From assembly GCA_964508365.1 (NCBI GenBank), contig CAZDTP010000017.1, forward strand, positions 1-64,000: a DNA stretch of 64,000 nt, in the 5' to 3' direction. A program made the translations under genes and the position numbers. Origin of the DNA: an uncultured archaeon. GTDB taxonomy: Archaea; Asgardarchaeota; Lokiarchaeia; Sigyniarchaeales; SOKP01. This document shows, one piece after another, positions 18,927-28,509 of this stretch (position 1 is its first letter; each line of letters opens with the position of its first letter). The notes under the pieces were generated by a model. That model was not told where the DNA came from. It saw only the letters and a program-made list of their open reading frames with translations, and made no database searches.

Positions 18927-19934
18927 CTATTTCTTGAAAGAATATGCTTCTAATACAAATTCTACCGCCTTTTTTCCATCAATAAAGTTAGGACTTTCTT
19001 GTTTTTTAGTTTGAATACAATTGATAAAGTGATCAATCAACTTGTTTTGAGCAGATTCGTTAGTCGGCTTAAATTTTAATAGATCTTTAATAACTTTGTT
19101 ACTTTTCAAATTTCTTGGACCAAATGAAAGAGGATTCCTTCCATTTATATCTATTTTTATAAAACCCTTTGTTCCAAAGATATCTAATGTTTCTGAAGGT
19201 TCATTGCACCAAGAAACGCTAATAAGTCCTAATATATCGTTTTTAAATCGAAAAAGAACATTACAGTTATCTTCATCTTCCATATTTATACAAGAGGTGT
19301 TAAAATTTATTCCGTTAACTTTATCGTATTCTTCTAATAAATATCGTAAAATATCAATGCAATGAACCCCTAGATCTAATAATACGCCCCCACCTGCCTT
19401 TTTAGAATCAAAAAACCACTTTTCTTCAGAAAGAGCCTTCCAAGATTTATAAGGGCCATAATGGCTGAAAAAATATCTAACTGAAGTAATTGTCCCAAGA
19501 ATATCTTCATCTATAACACTCTTTATTAACCTAAAAATCGGATTATATCGCTTCTGGAATGATGTAAAGAAGATAATATTTTTATTATTTAATTTCTCTT
19601 CGATTTGGGATAATTCTTCACGAGAGATAGCAATTGGTTTTTCGCATAAAATATTACAATCTTTCTCAATGGCCTTTAACACAATGGGAGCATGTAAATA
19701 GTTTGGAGTACAAATACTTACAATATCTAATTCTTCTTTATCAATCAAATTTTTCCAACTATCTTCACCAACATACACATTGGGGATATTAAATCTCTCA
19801 GAAGCTATTTTAGCGTGGTTTTCTGTTCTGGATGCAATTGCTACTAGATCACAATTCTGATTTTTAGTATACCCCCTTAAATGAATTATCCCAAAACCAC
19901 CAGCACCAATTAATCCAACTCTTAATTTCGTAAT
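18927..19934 (-). CDS. Gfo/Idh/MocA family NAD(P)-dependent oxidoreductase (extended upstream of the ORF-track start at 19778; probable ATT start)
   Basis: In-frame upstream sequence reads (I)TKLRVGLIGAGGFGIIHLRGY, the Rossmann motif missing from the track ORF; ICTPNYLH, CEKP, GGGVLLDLGVHCID; in-frame TAG two codons upstream of the ATT at 19934. Confidence 0.85.
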   Translation of the reverse strand: MTKLRVGLIGAGGFGIIHLRGYTKNQNCDLVAIASRTENHAKIASERFNIPNVYVGEDSWKNLIDKEELDIVSICTPNYLHAPIVLKAIEKDCNILCEKPIAISREELSQIEEKLNNKNIIFFTSFQKRYNPIFRLIKSVIDEDILGTITSVRYFFSHYGPYKSWKALSEEKWFFDSKKAGGGVLLDLGVHCIDILRYLLEEYDKVNGINFNTSCINMEDEDNCNVLFRFKNDILGLISVSWCNEPSETLDIFGTKGFIKIDINGRNPLSFGPRNLKSNKVIKDLLKFKPTNESAQNKLIDHFINCIQTKKQESPNFIDGKKAVEFVLEAYSFKK

Positions 19935-20057
19935 ACACTACCACCTAGTTGCAGTTTAAGTTATTATTATTTAATTGATTTGCTAATTAAATAATTTTTT
20001 ACGGAACCACTAGATAGAATTAAGAAAGAGAATTGCAAAAATTAGTAGTATGGTGAT

Positions 20058-20684
20058 TTAAGCGACTACAAACTCGAACATTGGAACTTCTTGTCTCTTT
20101 TTATCATCGTAAAGAGGTAAACCAGATTGTTTGAATATCTCAGGAGTTTTGTATTTAGTAACAACAATACTACATGGACACGAGATTTTCATTGAAGCTA
20201 CTCTTAATCGATCTCTAACGATAGCTAAATTCTTTAAGTTCGTGCCAACATCGCAGACGACAGCTCCTGCTCTTACTCGAGCACATACTCCTGTAGATCT
20301 CCCAAATGAGTGCCTCATACCGCTCTGAACCCGGTCAGCTCCAGCAAAGGCCAACATTCTATTCTCTCGATATTTTTGAAAGGGTTTGGGTCTTACTCTA
20401 AACCGATAATTTGATCTTCCTAATTTATTCTGCAAAGCACTGTTTACAGTTATACGGATTGCTTCCAGAGAATTTGAAGAGATTTGGATTTGCCTATCTA
20501 CCTTTAAAGAAATTACTAACCCCCAATCCTCCCATGGAATATCTTTATTCCCTCCCCAGAAACGAACTATTTTACTCTGAGCTCCTCCTCTCGCGTATTC
20601 TCTCCTATGATTAGCACTACGCTTATGCTGATATGGTCTTCTACTCCACGATGAGTAGCAATGCCAAGGTCTTTTATGTGCCAT
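20058..20684 (-). CDS. rpl10e: 50S ribosomal protein uL16 (L10e)
   Basis: RPWHCY, ENRMLAFAGADRVQSGMRHSFG, archaeal/eukaryotic L10e signature. Confidence 0.95.
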   Translation of the reverse strand: MAHKRPWHCYSSWSRRPYQHKRSANHRREYARGGAQSKIVRFWGGNKDIPWEDWGLVISLKVDRQIQISSNSLEAIRITVNSALQNKLGRSNYRFRVRPKPFQKYRENRMLAFAGADRVQSGMRHSFGRSTGVCARVRAGAVVCDVGTNLKNLAIVRDRLRVASMKISCPCSIVVTKYKTPEIFKQSGLPLYDDKKRQEVPMFEFVVA

Positions 20685-20799
20685 AATTGAATCAATTTAT
20701 AAAATAATATTTACATCTAATAAGAATTAAAATTATAAAATGTTATTAAATTCATTCTATGAAGAATAATTAAAAAATTTTATTAAAATATCGTTTTTA

Positions 20800-21954
20800 A
20801 TGTTAAAACATGGTACCATGATCGATAATTACACTTCTTTTGTTAAGAAAACGGAGATCTTATGTAATGGGCTATTTTTGGATGAAAAATTAATCGATCA
20901 TTATAAAAATCAAGGAATTGAGATCTCATACGGTCGTAAGGGAGGCGCGGGACCGTTAGGTGGGAGATATTTTCTTTTTGAGAATCAAGCAATTGTAAAT
21001 GCTGCTCTGTGGAATGATCCTTCAACATCAAATCTTGTTGTTCGGGAAAATAAGGACGGATATTTCTTAATTTATGACATTAAAAATAAATCCGAGCATA
21101 GTAGATTAAAATTAATTCAAAATCCAACTTTTTACAATTCTGAATACCTTACCTCTGACGGAATTCCGATGAAAAAAATTGCTTTGGTTCACGGAATAGA
21201 CTGTTTATCAAGTACGATTTACCAAAAGTGTGTGTATCACGCATGCGGAGAGGGTTGTACATTCTGCGCCATCGAGTTAAGCTTGGAGAGTGGAGCAACA
21301 ATTGAAGAAAAAAATTCAAAACAAATGTCTGAAGTTATTGAAGCTGCGAAAAAAGAAGGAAGATGTAATCATATGACTTTAACGAGTGGTACAGACGAAA
21401 CGATTGATAAAGGCGCTAAAAGATATATTGAACTTTTAGAAGGTATCAAAGAAAACTTTCCTAAACTCCCCCTCCATGTTCAAATTGAGCCTTTAGAAGA
21501 TGTCTCATATCTTGATGAATTAAGAGATGCGGGCGCTAATACAATTGGAATCCATCTTGAAGTTCTCGATCAAAATATAAGAAATAATGTTACTCCTGGA
21601 AAATCTCGCATAACCTATGAAGCGTACGAAAAAAATTGGACGCATGCACTTGATGTTTTTGGAAAAAATCAAGTTTCATCCTATCTTTTAACTGGTTTTG
21701 GTGAAACTTTAGAAGATTTCATTTCAGATGTAGAAAAAGTAATCTGTTTAGGCGTAATTCCATATATCACTCCAGTCAGGTCAATTCCTGGGCGGGAGAA
21801 GATTTCTACGATTACGTCGGATAAAATGGTAGAAATATACACAAAAACAGCTAAATTGATGAAAGAATACGGAGTGAATCCTTTGAAAAGTAAGGCTGGG
21901 TGCGTTCGATGCGGCGGATGTTCTTCTATTAGTGATGCTTACAAAAGTATATAA
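20800..21954 (+). CDS. Radical SAM protein, MSMEG_0568-like family
   Basis: GRKGGAGP at the N-terminus, STIYQKCVYHACGEGCTFCAIELS, C-terminal AGCVRCGGCSS. Confidence 0.7.
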   Translation: MLKHGTMIDNYTSFVKKTEILCNGLFLDEKLIDHYKNQGIEISYGRKGGAGPLGGRYFLFENQAIVNAALWNDPSTSNLVVRENKDGYFLIYDIKNKSEHSRLKLIQNPTFYNSEYLTSDGIPMKKIALVHGIDCLSSTIYQKCVYHACGEGCTFCAIELSLESGATIEEKNSKQMSEVIEAAKKEGRCNHMTLTSGTDETIDKGAKRYIELLEGIKENFPKLPLHVQIEPLEDVSYLDELRDAGANTIGIHLEVLDQNIRNNVTPGKSRITYEAYEKNWTHALDVFGKNQVSSYLLTGFGETLEDFISDVEKVICLGVIPYITPVRSIPGREKISTITSDKMVEIYTKTAKLMKEYGVNPLKSKAGCVRCGGCSSISDAYKSI

Positions 21955-22158
21955 TTTCTTAAATTAATTAATACCCTAAACTCCCTACATTGAATATTTC
22001 TTTTTGACAAATATTTATATTTGAAGCATTAGCACGCTATATTTAGCAAAGAGTTATTATAATAAGAATTAATACATTTGAATTCTTATCAAAAACTAGG
22101 ATAATTAAGTTAAAAATAATATAACCCTGTTTTAATTTGTTAGGAAAGAGATATTATT

Positions 22159-23793
22159 ATGACTGAAATTGATGAAAGTAAAACCTTAAAACCGACCAAA
22201 ACTGAAAGACGCAAAAAATTTACAAATCTATCCAACATAGAAATTAAACCTCTTTACACTCCAGAAGATATAGAAGATTTTAATTACGATTTAGACTTAG
22301 GAACACCCGGTAAATACCCTTTTACTCGCGGAGCTTACCCTAGTATGTATCGAGGTCGATTATGGACTATGCGTCAATTTGCGGGATTTGGGACGGCTGC
22401 ACAAACGAATACACGATACAAATTCTTATTAGAACACGGTACAACGGGTTTGAGCGTTGCTTTTAGCTTGCATACAATTTATGGTTATGAAGCTGACGAT
22501 GATGAAGCCTTAGGTGAAGTAGGAAAGGAAGGTGTGTCGATTGACACTTTAAAAGACATGGAGAGATTATTCAGTGGAATTGATTTGTCTAAGATTTCTA
22601 CCTCCATGACGATTAACGCTCCTGCTTCAATATTACTTGCAATGTATATTGTAACAGCAGAAAAACAAGGTCATACTGCGGATAAATTAAGAGGAACAAT
22701 TCAAAATGATATTCTGAAGGAATATATTGCCCAAAAATCATGGGTATTTCCACCGGAACCATCCATGCGATTAATTATAGATACCATTGAATATTGTGCA
22801 AAGAGCGTTCCTCAATGGTATACAATATCAATTTCAGGATACCACATAAGAGAAGCAGGTTCAACCGCTGTCCAAGAGCTCGCTTTTACTTTAGCCGATG
22901 GGTTTGCCTATGTGGAGGCAGCGATGAAAAGAGGTTTAGATGTAGATGATTTTGCTCCTAGACTTTCTTTTTTCTTCAATTCTCATAATAACTTCTTTGA
23001 AGAAGTATGTAAATATCGAGCTGCTAGGAGAATCTGGGCTAAGAGACTGAAAAATAAATATGGTGCAAAAAAAATAGAATCAATGAGGTTGCGCTTTCAC
23101 ACCCAAACTGCGGGAGTATCGTTAAGCGCTCAAGAGCCAGAAAACAATATTGCTAGAGTTACGATACAAGGTTTAGCAGCTGTTTTAGGAGGTACTCAAT
23201 CTCTTCATACTAATTCATTTGATGAGGCATTATGCTTACCAACTGAAAAAGCAGTTAAAATCGCTTTACGAACGCAACAGATCATTGCTCACGAATCAGG
23301 TGTTGCCGATACAGTAGATCCACTCGCGGGATCTTATTATGTTGAGTGGCTAACAAATAAAATGGAAGAGGAGTCAGAAGTATATTTTGAAAAGATCGAA
23401 GCTTTAGGTGGTGTGATTCCGGCGATTAAAGCAAATTTCTTTCAAAAAGAGATTGCCACTGCATCTTACAAATACCAGAGAGAAGTTGAAGCGAGAGTTC
23501 GAACTATTGTTGGAGTAAACGATGATCAATTAAGAGAACCTTGTGCAACGCCCTTATTAAAAATAGACGAAGATGTTGCAAGAGAGCAGATTGAAAATTT
23601 ACAGCGTTTAAGAGATCAAAGGAGTAACGAGAAGGTTCAAGCGAAATTGGACGCTTTAAAAGAAGCCGCAAAGGGTACTGAAAACTTAATGCCTTATATA
23701 ATAGATGCAATAAGAGAATATGCCTCAATAGGAGAGGTTATGGCCACTCTTAAAGATGTTTTTGGTGTGTATGTAGAAGATTCAATTTTTTAA
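22159..23793 (+). CDS. icmA: AdoCbl-dependent acyl-CoA mutase large subunit, isobutyryl-CoA mutase type
   Basis: PGKYPFTRG.YPSMYRGRLWTMRQFAGFG (Phe at the MCM Tyr89 position), QNDILKEYIAQK (Gln at the Arg207 position), SISGYHIREAG, GGTQSLHTNSFDE. Confidence 0.8.
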   Translation: MTEIDESKTLKPTKTERRKKFTNLSNIEIKPLYTPEDIEDFNYDLDLGTPGKYPFTRGAYPSMYRGRLWTMRQFAGFGTAAQTNTRYKFLLEHGTTGLSVAFSLHTIYGYEADDDEALGEVGKEGVSIDTLKDMERLFSGIDLSKISTSMTINAPASILLAMYIVTAEKQGHTADKLRGTIQNDILKEYIAQKSWVFPPEPSMRLIIDTIEYCAKSVPQWYTISISGYHIREAGSTAVQELAFTLADGFAYVEAAMKRGLDVDDFAPRLSFFFNSHNNFFEEVCKYRAARRIWAKRLKNKYGAKKIESMRLRFHTQTAGVSLSAQEPENNIARVTIQGLAAVLGGTQSLHTNSFDEALCLPTEKAVKIALRTQQIIAHESGVADTVDPLAGSYYVEWLTNKMEEESEVYFEKIEALGGVIPAIKANFFQKEIATASYKYQREVEARVRTIVGVNDDQLREPCATPLLKIDEDVAREQIENLQRLRDQRSNEKVQAKLDALKEAAKGTENLMPYIIDAIREYASIGEVMATLKDVFGVYVEDSIF

Positions 23794-23807
23794 ATGAGGA
23801 TGTTAAA

Positions 23808-24209
23808 ATGGGAGAAAAAAGAAAGATAAAAGTATTAGTTTGCAAGCCTGGGCTTGATGGACACGACAGGGGCGCGAAAGTCATAGCTCGAGCCCTTAGA
23901 GATGCGGGGATGGAAGTCATTTATACCGGACTTCATCAAACTCCAGATATGATTGTTCAGACAATTCTACAAGAGGACCCAGACGCTGTAATGCTAAGTA
24001 TGTTATCTGGTGCTCATAAAGCATTGTGTCCTGTAATCATGGAAAAACTGAATGAAAATGACATTGATGATGTTCTTGTAAGCGTGGGCGGAATTATACC
24101 TGACGAAGACAAACCCTTTTTAGAAAAGCATGGATTAAAAGGATTTTATGGTCCCGGAACCGAGCTTAAAACAATAGTGGAATTTGTTAAAAACAATTTA
24201 AAAAGATAG
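23808..24209 (+). CDS. icmB: Acyl-CoA mutase small (cobalamin-binding) subunit
   Basis: KPGLDGHDRGAKV (DxHxxG), SMLSGAH, VGGIIP. Confidence 0.9.
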   Translation: MGEKRKIKVLVCKPGLDGHDRGAKVIARALRDAGMEVIYTGLHQTPDMIVQTILQEDPDAVMLSMLSGAHKALCPVIMEKLNENDIDDVLVSVGGIIPDEDKPFLEKHGLKGFYGPGTELKTIVEFVKNNLKR

Positions 24210-24215
24210 TATACT

Positions 24216-25208
24216 ATGGACTATTCCGATTTAATCCAAAAACTACTAAATGGCAATGCTCGAGCAGTTGCCAGGCTTATAACTTTAGTAGAAAATGATA
24301 TTGAAGCCGCTGAAAATATTATTAACGCTATTTATAGCCACACAGGAAATGCATATATTTTAGGGATAACGGGATCACCAGGAAGCGGTAAGTCTACTTT
24401 TATATCCACTTTAACTAAAATTTATGCCACACAAGGTAAGAAAATCGGAATTATCTGCGTAGATCCTACAAGCCCTTTGACTGGAGGTGCACTATTAGGG
24501 GATAGAATACGGATGAAAGACAACTTTTCACTTAAAAATGTTTTTATTCGAAGTATGGCCAATAGAGGACAGCTCGGAGGATTAGCGAGGGCAACGGAAG
24601 ATGCTGTAAAAATATTAGATGCCTATGGATGCGATATAATAATCGTAGAAACCGTAGGTGTTGGACAATCGGAAGTAGATATCTTTAAATCGGCTCATAC
24701 TGTGGTTGTTCTTTTAGTACCTGGGTCAGGAGACGATATTCAGGCTATCAAGGCCGGAATCATGGAAATTACCGATATTTTTGTTGTAAATAAAATGGAC
24801 TTATCTGGTGCGGATAAAAAAATTGCCGATATCATGCAAATGTTAGAATTAAGAATGAATTATAAGTACGCATTTGAAAAAGTAGGAGAAAACAACTCAC
24901 TAAAATCCAATTGGACACCCGAAATTGTTAAAGCTAATTCAATAACGGGTGAAAACTTTGAAGAACTCATTAAACTGATTGATAAACATAGAGAATTTCT
25001 ATCGAAGTCAGGTGTTATAGAAAACTATCAGAAAAATAGGATTAAAAGCGAAACCCTCCAGATTTTAAAGCATAAAATCACGAAAAAAGTAGAGGGCTTG
25101 ATTAGTTCCAATCCCACGATTGATGAATATATAAGGTTAGTTATGGATAAAAGCCTCGATCCCTATTCCATGGCAAATCTAATCGTTAAACTATTAGGAT
25201 TAGAATAA
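24216..25208 (+). CDS. meaB: MeaB/ArgK G-protein chaperone of B12 mutases
   Basis: GITGSPGSGKST, VDPTSP.TGGALLGDRIRM, ETVGVGQSE, NKMD. Confidence 0.95.
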   Translation: MDYSDLIQKLLNGNARAVARLITLVENDIEAAENIINAIYSHTGNAYILGITGSPGSGKSTFISTLTKIYATQGKKIGIICVDPTSPLTGGALLGDRIRMKDNFSLKNVFIRSMANRGQLGGLARATEDAVKILDAYGCDIIIVETVGVGQSEVDIFKSAHTVVVLLVPGSGDDIQAIKAGIMEITDIFVVNKMDLSGADKKIADIMQMLELRMNYKYAFEKVGENNSLKSNWTPEIVKANSITGENFEELIKLIDKHREFLSKSGVIENYQKNRIKSETLQILKHKITKKVEGLISSNPTIDEYIRLVMDKSLDPYSMANLIVKLLGLE

Positions 25209-25297
25209 AAGAGAATTCTTGAAAAGGTTAGAAAAGAAATAGTTTTAATTTTAATCGTTTCTTAGATTTATTTAATATTAAATAGATAGTGTTAAAA

Positions 25298-25933
25298 ATG
25301 AAAACCATAACTCTTTCAAGTAATAATATTTTAAAATACCGTATACTTATTGCTGGATTAAGTTAGTTTACTTTTATAGCTAGCGCAGTTAATTATGCCC
25401 TAGAAATCGACCCAATTCTCGAGTGGTTTAATCGCTTTAAAACTTTCACTTATCAAACAAACTTAATAATTACTATATGGCTTACATTAGCAATTCTATG
25501 GCATAACAAGCCAGAAACTCTTGAAAAGATTACAGGACCTCTCAAAGGTGCTTTTACGCTCTATATCACAATTACATTTATTTTCTTTGCAGTTTTACTG
25601 GCCCCCATTTACCAACCCACTGGATTTGCAGCATTTAGCAACGTTGTATTTCATTATCTTACCCCAATCGCATTTATAGTCGACTGGATACTAACCGAAA
25701 CTAAATTGAGATATAAATGGAGCTACTTACTCTATTGGATCATATATCCATTATGCTATTTAGTGTTTGCTTTTATACATGGCACATTTACTGGGTATTA
25801 CATATATTTTTTTCTAGATATCATTGTACTCGGCATTTTATGGTATTTTGTATTCGTCTCAATTTTAATTATAGTAGGCTTAGTTTTGGGATGCCTATAT
25901 ATTGCTATTAATAGAAAAAGAACTAAAAGTTGA
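25298..25933 (+). pseudogene. Pr6Pr-family membrane protein interrupted by an in-frame TAG at codon 23 (25364-25366)
   Basis: Open frame from ATG 25298 apart from one TAG: MKTITLSS..IAGLS*FTF..FKTFTYQTN..LYITITF..HYLTPI..DW..WIIYPLCY; in frame with track ORF 25706..25933. Confidence 0.7.
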
Positions 25934-25984
25934 AAATTAATAACATCTTCTTTTTTTTTAAAAGGTTTCGAGAAGTTTGAAAAC

Positions 25985-26236
25985 TTATTTTTTCTTAGGA
26001 TCAACCCATTCAGAATAAATCTCTTCAACCGCAAGAACTTTATTGCGATGACATTCTCGGCATTCTTCGTTGATTATTTTCTTAAATATATAATCTCCTT
26101 GCTTAAATTCTCGAGAATATTTGGTATTACATTCTTTACATTTTAAAACGGTCGTCTTCTTTGGTATAAAACGATCTTTTCGATCAAGGATATCTCCTAA
26201 ATCTGGCAAAGGGGGGAACTCAGGTTCTTCAGCCAT
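25985..26236 (-). CDS. Small zinc-ribbon protein (archaeal hypothetical)
   Basis: CKEC...REFKQGDYIFK...CREC. Confidence 0.7.
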   Translation of the reverse strand: MAEEPEFPPLPDLGDILDRKDRFIPKKTTVLKCKECNTKYSREFKQGDYIFKKIINEECRECHRNKVLAVEEIYSEWVDPKKK

Positions 26237-26325
26237 TTTTACATCTTTGAGTATAATTAATATTTGTATTATTGAAAGGTCTACAACTAATAACTTTTTA
26301 GGTTTACAATTAAAAGTTAAGACGA

Positions 26326-27183
26326 TTATTTATGCTTAATAAAAGTACCTTTATTGTATTCATTAAAAGCTATTCTTAATTCTTCTTCAGTATTCATAAC
26401 AATCGGACCTCTCCACGCGACAGGTTCTCCTATTGGTTTACCAGAGATCAAAAGGAATCTAACGGATTTATCTTTAGTTTGTATTAAAACTTCATCCCCC
26501 TCTTTAAAAATTACAAGGTGCTCTGCACCAACAATTTCATTCTTGATTGGATTAAATTTCGCTTCTCCTTCTATGACATACGCAAAAACATTATGAGTAT
26601 TAACTAATGAGTGTTTAAATTCAGAATTTGGCTCTATAGAGACATCTAAATATTCTGGATCGGTTATTACATCTTGAACAGGACCTTTTACACCATTTAC
26701 TTCCCCACAAATTATTTTTACTTTCACATTATCATTTACGACGACTTCTGGAATTTGTTCTTTGGTTATATCACGATATCTTGGATTCATCATTTTATGA
26801 GATGCAGGTAGATTAGCCCACAATTGAAAGCCCGCTAAAAGGGAATCACTTTCATCTTTCTTTGGCATTTCTTGATGTATTATACCACTTCCGGCAGTCA
26901 TCCATTGCACATCACCAGCTCCGATAATACCACTGTTTTTCATGCTATCCCCATGTTCTAGTCGACCATGAAGCATATAAGTAATCGTTTCAATCCCCCG
27001 ATGAGGGTGCCATGGAAATCCTGCCATGTAATCATTTGGATTATTTGAGTGGAAATCATCTAAAAGCAAAAATGGATCTAATGAAGGATCAGTATATCCA
27101 AACGCTCGTTTCAATCTGACCCCCGCACCTTCCATTGTTGATCTACTTTTTAGAGCTACTCCCACTTCTCGAATTTTTGACAT
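26326..27183 (-). CDS. Pirin family protein (bicupin)
   Basis: DPFLLLDDF, FPWHPHRGIETITY, WMTAGSGIIHQE, FQLWANLP, GPIVMN. Confidence 0.95.
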   Translation of the reverse strand: MSKIREVGVALKSRSTMEGAGVRLKRAFGYTDPSLDPFLLLDDFHSNNPNDYMAGFPWHPHRGIETITYMLHGRLEHGDSMKNSGIIGAGDVQWMTAGSGIIHQEMPKKDESDSLLAGFQLWANLPASHKMMNPRYRDITKEQIPEVVVNDNVKVKIICGEVNGVKGPVQDVITDPEYLDVSIEPNSEFKHSLVNTHNVFAYVIEGEAKFNPIKNEIVGAEHLVIFKEGDEVLIQTKDKSVRFLLISGKPIGEPVAWRGPIVMNTEEELRIAFNEYNKGTFIKHK

Positions 27184-27220
27184 TTCCTTTCTCTTTATGA
27201 TAACATTTTAGTTTAAATGC

Positions 27221-27242
27221 TAAGTTTACATAACTAAACTCA
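27221..27242. promoter_or_regulatory. Candidate operator TAAGTTTA-CATAAC-TAAACTCA upstream of pirin
   Basis: 8-6-8 inverted repeat with one mismatch, about 40 bp upstream of the pirin start. Confidence 0.35.
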
Positions 27243-27363
27243 AGTTATAAAAAGTTTTTATTATAAATCATAAAATAATATGATTATTATCCTTGGAATT
27301 ATAAATAGTAGCCTTTAAAATAAGAAAGAAGTGAAAGTAGATAATTTTTTAGGAGGAAAAGGA

Positions 27364-28209
27364 TTATTTATTATTGTTTTCTATTTTGTCTTCTTCTTCT
27401 TTATGTTCTTCAACTTCTTCTTTTAATTCTTCTTCACTGTTAACAATTTCTGTATCTTGATCTATAACTTCCAGAGCGTCTTTTACTTCAGTTTCCTCTT
27501 CGGGTTCCGCTTCGGGTTTTGGGGGCGGAGGTTCGCGAGATATAATAACTTTAGTATATCTCAGAACATCTTTATCCATCTTCCAGCCATCTTGTATAAT
27601 TTCTATTATCGAACTGTTAGGAAGATCGTCTTTTTCGAGTGAACTTAATGCTTCATGGTAAGAATAATCAAAAGGATCGTTAATTTTGACCTCAATGGGT
27701 TCTGCTTTGTGAAACTTCAAAATGCTCATAAATTGATCATAAAATTGCTTTAGAATAGCTCTATCTTCGTCATCTCCATCCAGAGCTTTTTTAAAGGAAT
27801 CGTATAGTGGTAAAAAAGATTTTAAAGCAAGACCTGTATATTCGGTTCTTAAATCTTGACGATTTTTATTCCAACGCTTTTGAGCATTTTCGAACTCAGC
27901 TTGAAGTCTCATATGTTTATTTTTCCAAGTTTCACTTTCTTTTTGGTATTTTAATAGTGCTTCTTTGTCTTTTTTGTTGGTTTCTTTAAGTTCATTGAAT
28001 TTAGTAATTAAATCATCAAGATCATGGTATTCTAATACTTTCTGTTCTTCGCCCTCTAATAGTTTAACATCCTGCTTTTCTACCTTTTCTTTATCGGCGT
28101 TTACAACTGTATCCTTAGATTCAGTATTTTCTACTTTAGAGGGTAGTATATCTCCATTTTTTATTGAATCTTTACTCATCTTTTCTATTTCCTTTTTTTT
28201 TCGAGTCAT
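27364..28209 (-). CDS. grpE: Nucleotide exchange factor GrpE, with an acidic/Pro-rich C-terminal tail
   Basis: RLQAEFENAQKR, FLPLYDSFKKAL, PFDYSYHEAL, IIQDGWKMDKDVLR. Confidence 0.9.
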   Translation of the reverse strand: MTRKKKEIEKMSKDSIKNGDILPSKVENTESKDTVVNADKEKVEKQDVKLLEGEEQKVLEYHDLDDLITKFNELKETNKKDKEALLKYQKESETWKNKHMRLQAEFENAQKRWNKNRQDLRTEYTGLALKSFLPLYDSFKKALDGDDEDRAILKQFYDQFMSILKFHKAEPIEVKINDPFDYSYHEALSSLEKDDLPNSSIIEIIQDGWKMDKDVLRYTKVIISREPPPPKPEAEPEEETEVKDALEVIDQDTEIVNSEEELKEEVEEHKEEEDKIENNNK

Positions 28210-28509
28210 AATTTACAGGCGTTTTAATAAGATAATTATTAATTATACTGTTAAAATATGAAAACTCTAATCATTTAATATAATTTAATTTCGAAAGGAA
28301 AAAAAATTTTTTGTTTTTAATTTATCAACCATGTTATTTCATAGTATATCTCACTTATTCTATCGTTAAATGTTTTTTTTTTAATGAACTCCTAGTCATA
28401 AAATTAAAAAAATATTAAAAATTATATTTTTCATTGAAACTAATAGAAAATAAAAAAATTATATTTATAATAAATTCTACTAATAATCTTAGAAGAAGTG
28501 AATTATATA

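Noticed and set aside
22159-23793. Calling the mutase methylmalonyl-CoA mutase
   Set aside because: Phe/Gln rather than Tyr/Arg at the specificity positions
25364-25366. Pyrrolysine or genome-wide TAG recoding
   Set aside because: TAG is a normal stop for several genes in the window; only one interrupted gene; no pyl genes or obvious PYLIS seen
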